This document shows, one piece after another, positions 7,978-14,809 of a stretch of DNA of 64,000 nucleotides. Every line of letters starts with the position of its first letter. Within the stretch, counting starts at the first letter, position 1. The notes under the pieces are model-generated. The model saw only the letters and a list, made by a program, of their open reading frames with translations. It searched no databases and had not been told where the DNA came from. A program made the translations under genes and the position numbers. The stretch is from positions 29,093 to 93,092 of the IMG/VR virus record IMGVR_UViG_3300043409_000956; one strand, written 5' to 3'. Origin of the DNA: a virus.

Positions 7978-10512
7978 ATGAACTTATACGACCTATCTCA
8001 TCCTAGCAAAAAGAAAAAACAACAACTAGCCATGGAAAGCCGCCTGGCTGAATTTGCACCACCTGGTGGAGATGATGGCGGTCCCGACGAAGATGAGATA
8101 CTATTCAAACTAGCCAAACAATGGTGGCTTGGCACTGAACAAGACATGATTCGTGTGGAACGCACACTAGCATCAATGGGTTGGGAAATTGGTGAAGATG
8201 AAGGCAGTTATGACGACGGTGGTGTGTTTGTTGTACGTGCCGGTGATGTCAACGGTAAAAGTTATCAGTCATGGCCGCATGAGGAATTAGTAACGGAAGG
8301 TGCCACGGTAACAACAACCCCTGGATCCGTTGAGCCAGGTGGTGCAGTAGACAACTTTAAACAACAGATGGCCAACAATACTGAACTTGCATATCAGAAA
8401 AAACAACAAGGCATGGCCGAAGGTGACACTGTAGTCAAACACCGTATCGGCCTAACTGTCACAGACCCCAACCACCCCATGGCGAGCAAGCGCAACGAAC
8501 CCTTTCAACGGACTGTGCGTGTGCCCGGCGATGATCCTGCCAAGGCCATCAATGCGGCCATTGCACACTATCGCCGCAAAGGTTACAAAGTGCATGACCA
8601 TCACTACATGGGCACAGTGGACTATACCATAGACGAAGCGGCACCCGATTGGTTGAGACGCACAGCCGGTGCGGCCACAGGTGCATTGGCCGGTGTTGGT
8701 GCAAGTTTCCCCGGTGCGGCCATTGCAGGTCCCATTGGTGGTGCAGTGGCAGGTGCATACGGAGCCAAAGCCGGATATGATTTAGGTGCCGATGCCGCTG
8801 ACTGGGTATATGACAAAGTCACTGGCGAACGAGTTCCGGCAGACAAGACCGAGGTTGATGAAGCATTAACAATGAAGCATCAGCGAGCTCATACAACTCA
8901 AAGACGCCCCGACATCAGCAATAGCCTGGCCGATAGAGACTTTGACATGTCAGAGAAACCCAATGTTGCCAAGAGTGCAGATGGTCACCCCACAGTCAAG
9001 TGGCGTCATCATGGCCATGCCGGACATACTAGAGTTGAGCCCACACTGAACCCGACCACAGTGCAACGCAAGGACACAAGACCCATACCATCTTTCTTGA
9101 AGAAAGGCATGGCGGAAGACGCAGAAAACTTTAACGGCATTGAGTTATCAATGAAGATACAACTCCAAGATGTTGAATATGTTGATGATGAAGATTATGA
9201 TAATCAAGTAATATATGTCACTGCTAGTAGCAACGGTAGGGAACTGGGGCATGTGTTATTTTCGTTTGATGGTGAGTATTTAATGCCTCAGGATTTAGAA
9301 GTAGAAGAAAAGTATCGTGGACAGGGCATTGCTCAAACAATGTATGATTATGTAAAGAGCAAAGGATATAAAATACGCCGCAGTGGACAACAAACTGATG
9401 CAGGCGCTGGATTTTGGGACAAACATAAACCTGGAAAAAATGTCTGGGAACAAGGTGTGGCGGAAGGCTCACTAAACGAATTTGCACCAGATGGCTTTAA
9501 CGGTGATGACGATGAAGGATTCAGTCCGGAAATTGCCAAGATGGCGTATGATGCTGGTAGTGTCAAGGGCGTGAGCCTTGCTGACGGTGCTACATTAGCC
9601 AGAGCAATGGCGATAACGGAGTGGGACAAACAAGACGGTGGCATTTACACCCAGCACTTTGCAAAAGGCTTCAAAGCAGGTCGTATGAATAAAATCAATC
9701 ACCACAATAAACAATACAATCTCAACTTGAAGTTGATGAAAGATGGTAGCATTAGACGCGGTCAGCAAGGTGTGGCGGAAGGTTCATTAGAAGAAGATGA
9801 ATATGATAAAATGCTAAGAGATTTGTTGAAGGCAAGACCTGACTTAACTAAAAAATATGCCAAAGATGTTCAAAAGTCAAAAGATATTGAAAGTGGCAAA
9901 GAGTTAAACAAACTTGTTAAAAAGAATCCTGGTGTATTGAAAACATACAGTGATGCTGTAAAGAGAGATAAGAAACTAGGTGTGGCGGAAGGTGGATACC
10001 GTCAAGGTTTTGCAGATCCCAACGCACCCAGTCTAGGTGGCAGTCGTAGAAAAGATGACGAAGGCAACTCAGAGTTTGATGACCGTCAGCGTAGACAAAC
10101 CGGAATGATATTCTACAAGGTTGACGACGCCGAACTAGCACAACAACTAGGACTCAAACAAACTCGTGCAGGCAAGTGGTATTTGCGTACAGGTAACAGA
10201 CATGCACAACAGACTGCTGACCGTGCATTTGGCCTGGGACGCATTTGGTATCCAAAGAATGAAACTGTAGAGTCAGAAGAGCTCGGCGAACTCAGCAATG
10301 AGTTGTTGGGTCGTTACAAAAAAGAACTAGGTATCCGTGCTAGTGCCGCAGATCGAGCAGGCAACTTTGACAAAGGTCACGAATACTTTAAAAAAATCAA
10401 CCGAGCAACTGTTCGCCAAGGTGATAATGATGCTCGCAGACACGCAGAAAAAGAAAACGATGTAATGGAAACTCGTTTAAATATGATGCGTAAGGCAGGA
10501 TACGATCTATGA
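7978..10512 (+). CDS. mosaic multi-module polyprotein with GVAEG/GMAEG linkers, includes a GNAT acetyltransferase module
   Basis: ATG 7978 after upstream stop; five G(V/M)AE(G/D) linkers; GNAT motif A (EKYRGQGIAQTMY); Gly-zipper segment. Confidence 0.8.
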   Translation: MNLYDLSHPSKKKKQQLAMESRLAEFAPPGGDDGGPDEDEILFKLAKQWWLGTEQDMIRVERTLASMGWEIGEDEGSYDDGGVFVVRAGDVNGKSYQSWPHEELVTEGATVTTTPGSVEPGGAVDNFKQQMANNTELAYQKKQQGMAEGDTVVKHRIGLTVTDPNHPMASKRNEPFQRTVRVPGDDPAKAINAAIAHYRRKGYKVHDHHYMGTVDYTIDEAAPDWLRRTAGAATGALAGVGASFPGAAIAGPIGGAVAGAYGAKAGYDLGADAADWVYDKVTGERVPADKTEVDEALTMKHQRAHTTQRRPDISNSLADRDFDMSEKPNVAKSADGHPTVKWRHHGHAGHTRVEPTLNPTTVQRKDTRPIPSFLKKGMAEDAENFNGIELSMKIQLQDVEYVDDEDYDNQVIYVTASSNGRELGHVLFSFDGEYLMPQDLEVEEKYRGQGIAQTMYDYVKSKGYKIRRSGQQTDAGAGFWDKHKPGKNVWEQGVAEGSLNEFAPDGFNGDDDEGFSPEIAKMAYDAGSVKGVSLADGATLARAMAITEWDKQDGGIYTQHFAKGFKAGRMNKINHHNKQYNLNLKLMKDGSIRRGQQGVAEGSLEEDEYDKMLRDLLKARPDLTKKYAKDVQKSKDIESGKELNKLVKKNPGVLKTYSDAVKRDKKLGVAEGGYRQGFADPNAPSLGGSRRKDDEGNSEFDDRQRRQTGMIFYKVDDAELAQQLGLKQTRAGKWYLRTGNRHAQQTADRAFGLGRIWYPKNETVESEELGELSNELLGRYKKELGIRASAADRAGNFDKGHEYFKKINRATVRQGDNDARRHAEKENDVMETRLNMMRKAGYDL
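8407..9992 (+). repeat. dispersed linker repeat (CAA)GG(T/C)(G/A)TGGC(G/C)GAAG(G/A), 5 copies
   Basis: Copies at 8407, 9103, 9451, 9766, 9976; exact 14-mer GGTGTGGCGGAAGG at 9454, 9769, 9979. Confidence 0.85.
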
Positions 10513-10940
10513 CACTATCAGAAACTACAAAAATAGCATTTGCTAGCGAATATACCTTTTATTTGAAGGCACACAACTTTCACTGGAATGTGGAAGGTGC
10601 TGACTTCCTAGAACATCACCAGTTGTTTGGCATGATCTACGAAGAAGTATACGGTGCCATTGACGATTTTGCAGAAAAGATTCGCGGCATCGGTAGTTAT
10701 GTGCCAGCCAGCTACACCAGATTCAGTCAATTGAGTCAAATTGGTGACGAGACCAACATACTCAGCCCGGGTGCCATGTTGCATGAACTATCAGAAGACA
10801 ATGAAAAAATGTTGTTGGTACTGAAGATGGCTTATGATGCAGCCGAACAAGCCGGCGAGCATGGATTCTCAAACTTCTTAGCTGAACGGTTAGATGCACA
10901 TCGTAAACACGGTTGGATGTTGAGAGCAAGTCTAAAATAA
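10509..10940 (+). CDS. dps: Dps / ferritin-like DNA protection protein
   Basis: KAHNFHWNVEG..F...H.LF...YEE....D..AE.IR and HRKHGWML motifs. Confidence 0.93.
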   Translation: MTLSETTKIAFASEYTFYLKAHNFHWNVEGADFLEHHQLFGMIYEEVYGAIDDFAEKIRGIGSYVPASYTRFSQLSQIGDETNILSPGAMLHELSEDNEKMLLVLKMAYDAAEQAGEHGFSNFLAERLDAHRKHGWMLRASLK

Positions 10941-11641
10941 TGTTGCCCATCATAGCAACATTGGTGATGACACATATCACCATCATATGTGTCACAGTTT
11001 TCCTACACCGCGGACAAGCACATCGCGGATTGATATTTCATCCTGTACTTAGTCACTTTATGCGAGCCTGGCTTTGGCTAACAACCGGAATGGTCACTAA
11101 ACAATGGGTAGCCATACATCGTAAGCATCATAGGTTCAGTGATGTTGCGGGTGACCCACATAGCCCACACGTATATGGAATTGGACGAGTATTGTTTAAA
11201 GGAGCAATGTTATATCATGAAGCAAGCAAAGATACGGACATGGTTAATACATATGGTGCTGGTACTCCTGCTGATTGGATGGAGCTTCACGTATACCAGC
11301 CTTACTCTAGACTTGGCATTGGCATTCTCTTTGTGCTAGACGTCTTGGTGTTTGGATGGTGGGGTCCTGTAATTTGGGGCATCCAGATGATATGGATACC
11401 GTTTTGGGCAGCCGGAGTCATAAACGGCGTTGGTCATTGGATTGGGTATCGTAATGGTGAAACCAAAGATCATAGTCGTAACATCGTGCCTTGGGGCATT
11501 GTCGTTGGTGGAGAGGAGTTGCACAACAATCACCACCTGAACCCAGCAAGTCCCAGGCTCAGCAAGACCTGGTTTGAATTTGATGCAGGCTGGATGTACA
11601 TAAATATTTTTAAATCGCTTGGACTACTTAAAATTAAATGA
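10940..11641 (+). CDS. membrane fatty acid (acyl-CoA delta-9-type) desaturase
   Basis: His boxes HRGQAH, HRKHH, HNNHH; DPHSP; transmembrane segments. Confidence 0.92.
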   Translation: MLPIIATLVMTHITIICVTVFLHRGQAHRGLIFHPVLSHFMRAWLWLTTGMVTKQWVAIHRKHHRFSDVAGDPHSPHVYGIGRVLFKGAMLYHEASKDTDMVNTYGAGTPADWMELHVYQPYSRLGIGILFVLDVLVFGWWGPVIWGIQMIWIPFWAAGVINGVGHWIGYRNGETKDHSRNIVPWGIVVGGEELHNNHHLNPASPRLSKTWFEFDAGWMYINIFKSLGLLKIK

Positions 11642-12267
11642 CATTTTTCTATAAAGAATTAGACCTGCCACCCATACCAGAAGAATTACTAGCACATTTG
11701 CCCGAGATCAGCGATGAGACAACTGCAAAAGATATCGGATATGGATACAGACATTTTAAAAATGGTGTAGAGTTGCATGCCTGCACCTACTCGTGGACTG
11801 TGATCAACGAAGGAATAATGTTGCCATGGTTAAAACAAAATATACTGCCGATACAAAAACATTTAGCAAATGCCACAGTCGATATTCCAGTATACATGCA
11901 GACCGCGACTCCGAGACACCCAGAAGGTGGGGTACATATTGTGCATTCTGATTTCAAAAGAATTGCCGGACTAAATTATCATTGGGCTCTGGGCGGTGAC
12001 GCTGTTGTTAATCGATGGTACAAAGAAAAAGGCAAACCCTTACTGCGCCGTAAAACACAACGTGGGCGACAGTCGGATTCCGGGCGTGTTAAATATGATG
12101 ATTTAGAAATATTAGAAGAAGTTATTATAAAAAAGAATTGTTGGTATCTTATCAACGTGGCCTGCTTGCATGATGTACAAAACATCACCAGCACAAGACA
12201 AGGTATAACAGTTCCATTTATTTCCAACAAAGTGTTGGAGTTGGCAGGTTTTACAGAACACCCTTAG
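11638..12267 (+). CDS. putative double-stranded beta-helix (2OG-Fe(II)/cupin-like) protein
   Basis: HxD (VHSD) plus distal LHDV..R pattern. Confidence 0.5.
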   Translation: MTFFYKELDLPPIPEELLAHLPEISDETTAKDIGYGYRHFKNGVELHACTYSWTVINEGIMLPWLKQNILPIQKHLANATVDIPVYMQTATPRHPEGGVHIVHSDFKRIAGLNYHWALGGDAVVNRWYKEKGKPLLRRKTQRGRQSDSGRVKYDDLEILEEVIIKKNCWYLINVACLHDVQNITSTRQGITVPFISNKVLELAGFTEHP

Positions 12268-12360
12268 GACCGTAACTTAGGTTACGTGGGTGACCCGGCT
12301 GCTGGGTTCCAAATGTGGGAGTCGTGCCCCATCAAGCATTTGGTGAAGTGAGCACTATTT
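12262..12360 (+). ncRNA. candidate structured intergenic RNA
   Basis: GC-rich island with three consecutive hairpins followed by a T-run. Confidence 0.55.
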
Positions 12361-12389
12361 TTTTCTAAAGAATTGTGTTATAATCAATA

Positions 12390-12932
12390 ATGAAATCTGA
12401 TCAATGGGCAATTACTCTCCCGCCAAGCAAGGACACAATAATCAGTAGCGCCGATTATCGTACATTGAAATTTGTACAGCTACTTGTTAGTAAAATGATT
12501 AACATATCTGTTGCGGAATTGAAAAAAAGTCCTAAACTAATTCTGTCAGATCAAGAACAAATAATCAATCTCATTTACCAAATAGTCAATGTTGAGTTAA
12601 CTGGTATAGATACGTATAAGACTATTAGACAAGATCTTTATTATGTACACCATATTTCGGTAGATGTTACCAAAGAGTTCCTTACTATTGTCGGCGGTGT
12701 CGATACTGTCGTCGAACTTGCACATCAGTCCGAAATTAATAACTTAACTCAGTATATAGAACATTGTGATAATCATAAAAGTTTTGTTTTCAACTTGCTA
12801 TACAATACAGATTACAATAAATCTGCTGTTGAAATTTACAAATGGTTTCTCAACGAATTAACAAAATATCCGCCTGACACTAGTTATGTATCGTACAACC
12901 TGAATAAACTGTTAAGTAACATTAACCTATGA
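12390..12932 (+). CDS. hypothetical AT-rich protein
   Basis: 180-aa ORF after TATAAT; coupled to next gene. Confidence 0.65.
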   Translation: MKSDQWAITLPPSKDTIISSADYRTLKFVQLLVSKMINISVAELKKSPKLILSDQEQIINLIYQIVNVELTGIDTYKTIRQDLYYVHHISVDVTKEFLTIVGGVDTVVELAHQSEINNLTQYIEHCDNHKSFVFNLLYNTDYNKSAVEIYKWFLNELTKYPPDTSYVSYNLNKLLSNINL

Positions 12933-14110
12933 ACAGCGACGTTAATACATTAATAAAATCCAATAGCACATTAACATTGAGGCTATCTACACCTATCAAC
13001 AACATAAAAGGTAGATATTGGATTAATCTAAGAACTATGTTGTTTGGAGTCACCGACATTAGAGCCAGAGTCGGAACTTTTAGTAACCCGTGGTCAACTG
13101 AATTGTCTGACACTTACCGAGTGCCTCCGTTAATTTATATAAATGATAAACTCAAAGATATAGTTGACGCAAGAGCTGTTGAATTAAATCAGTATGCCAA
13201 AAAAACCAACAAACGAATATTAATACAATGGAGCGGTGGTATAGATTCGACGTTGGTTCTTTCTGCATTTATTAAAAACATATCAGCGGCTGATTTATTA
13301 AATGTTTCTGTTATTCTAACACTTAATTCAATCATTGAAAATTATGACTTTTACTGTACACAAATAGCAGGAAAGATATCATGTATAAATTGGTTAGATA
13401 TTGAGATAACCGACGATGTACTAAGAAATAATATCATTCTACACGGAGACCCGGCTGATTGTTTATTTGGTCCCAGTATATCAATGTACCAATCATTGAT
13501 GCACGATAATACTCATTTAGCACCATTTAAAGATAATATAAACTTAGTTGCAAGAACTATAGATCGTTCAAAACTTGATGTTGTAAACAAATATCAAATT
13601 CGAGGATTTGGTAAATGGTATGCTGAAAAAATAACTGATAATCTATTGGAGATTGCACCTGACAATATTACCAGTATTGCTGATTGGTGGTGGTGGCACT
13701 ATTTTAATTTTAAATGGCAATTTAGCCTATCAAGACCTTTCCTACGCAGAAGAACAAATGGTAACGAAGACGTTGGGTTATCTCCGGTCCTTGTTACAGA
13801 ATTTTTGGAAACAGCTTTTTTTAATACAGACCGTTTCCAGCAGTGGAGTTATAGTAACTTGCCATATCTAGTGGGAAATGATATAAAAAATCACAAACAA
13901 GAAGCCAAACAATACATTTACGAATTAGACAAGAATCAAAAATATTTAAGTTGTAAAACCAAAGTAGAGTCCATGCCGGTGTATGATCACGGGCTTGTAC
14001 TAAACTTACGTAGACCAATAATGTGGGATCAGCAATGGAAAGGCTATCATACAAACTATCCAGACTTGCTACCAACATGTGTAGAACATTTAGAAAAATA
14101 TAAAGGTTAA
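12929..14110 (+). CDS. PP-loop (adenine nucleotide alpha-hydrolase / Asn synthase-like) protein
   Basis: WSGGIDS PP-loop, HGDPADCLFG, DWWWWHYFNFKWQ. Confidence 0.7.
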   Translation: MNSDVNTLIKSNSTLTLRLSTPINNIKGRYWINLRTMLFGVTDIRARVGTFSNPWSTELSDTYRVPPLIYINDKLKDIVDARAVELNQYAKKTNKRILIQWSGGIDSTLVLSAFIKNISAADLLNVSVILTLNSIIENYDFYCTQIAGKISCINWLDIEITDDVLRNNIILHGDPADCLFGPSISMYQSLMHDNTHLAPFKDNINLVARTIDRSKLDVVNKYQIRGFGKWYAEKITDNLLEIAPDNITSIADWWWWHYFNFKWQFSLSRPFLRRRTNGNEDVGLSPVLVTEFLETAFFNTDRFQQWSYSNLPYLVGNDIKNHKQEAKQYIYELDKNQKYLSCKTKVESMPVYDHGLVLNLRRPIMWDQQWKGYHTNYPDLLPTCVEHLEKYKG

Positions 14111-14169
14111 ATTTCTATTTGCTTTTTCCAATAAGTTAGTGTAAAATACATTTTTAACTAGGAGACACT

Positions 14170-14436
14170 ATGTCACAAGGACCACGCATGTTCAGCGGCG
14201 AACAAAAAGCCAAACTCACACAACTCATCAACGAAGGCATGCAAGTCATGATGGAAGTTGATACCTTAAATGAAGGCTTGGCTGATACAGTTAAAGCCAT
14301 TGCAGAAGAACTTGAAGTCAAACCTGCTGTGCTTAAAAAAGCAATTCGAATTGCACACAAAGCCGCGCTGGGACAAACCAATGCAGATCACGAAGAACTA
14401 AACACTATTTTAGAGACTGTTGGTAAAACTCTGTAA
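14170..14436 (+). CDS. small dsDNA-binding protein (T4 DsbA/GapR-like)
   Basis: KAIAEELEVKPAVLKKAIRIAHK helical pattern; GGAG RBS. Confidence 0.65.
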   Translation: MSQGPRMFSGEQKAKLTQLINEGMQVMMEVDTLNEGLADTVKAIAEELEVKPAVLKKAIRIAHKAALGQTNADHEELNTILETVGKTL

Positions 14437-14726
14437 TGAATGACATCCTCAGTGGAACCTCTAACTGGATCAAAGAAGATTATAAAAGCGATAGACTTCG
14501 TTTTTGTTTTGAGGTTTTGGCTTGGGCTATATCTATTGGCTGTAGTATCACTATGGCCCTCACCGTGCCTAATCCTCCCCTTCTCACCATGTACCCAATT
14601 TGGATTACAGGTTGTGCTATATATGCTTGGTGCGCTTATAGTCGTCGTTCCTTTGGTATGCTGGCTAATTATATCCTGCTGGTCACTATCGACACCGTTG
14701 GACTCGTGCGTATGCTCATCCAATGA
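14436..14726 (+). CDS. small membrane protein
   Basis: Three hydrophobic segments; translationally coupled. Confidence 0.7.
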   Translation: MNDILSGTSNWIKEDYKSDRLRFCFEVLAWAISIGCSITMALTVPNPPLLTMYPIWITGCAIYAWCAYSRRSFGMLANYILLVTIDTVGLVRMLIQ

Positions 14727-14743
14727 AGATAAATATTATCACT

Positions 14744-14797
14744 AGTCTCGCCGGACTTGAAACGGCATGAAGAGTTGTGTAAGCTCAAAGTTACGCA
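14744..14797 (+). promoter_or_regulatory. tandem H-type pseudoknots in DNA polymerase leader
   Basis: AGTC/GACT + GCCG/CGGC; GAGT/GCTC + TGTGTAA/TTACGCA; directly before the RBS. Confidence 0.5.
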
Positions 14798-14809
14798 AAG
14801 GACAGATGA

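Noticed and set aside
8407-9992. Linker repeats as a CRISPR array
   Set aside because: Repeats are 14-17 nt, spacing is 200-700 nt and irregular, all are in frame within an ORF, and no cas genes are present
12262-12360. tRNA or simple terminator
   Set aside because: No acceptor stem, T-loop (TTCRA) or CCA; three stems exceed what a terminator needs
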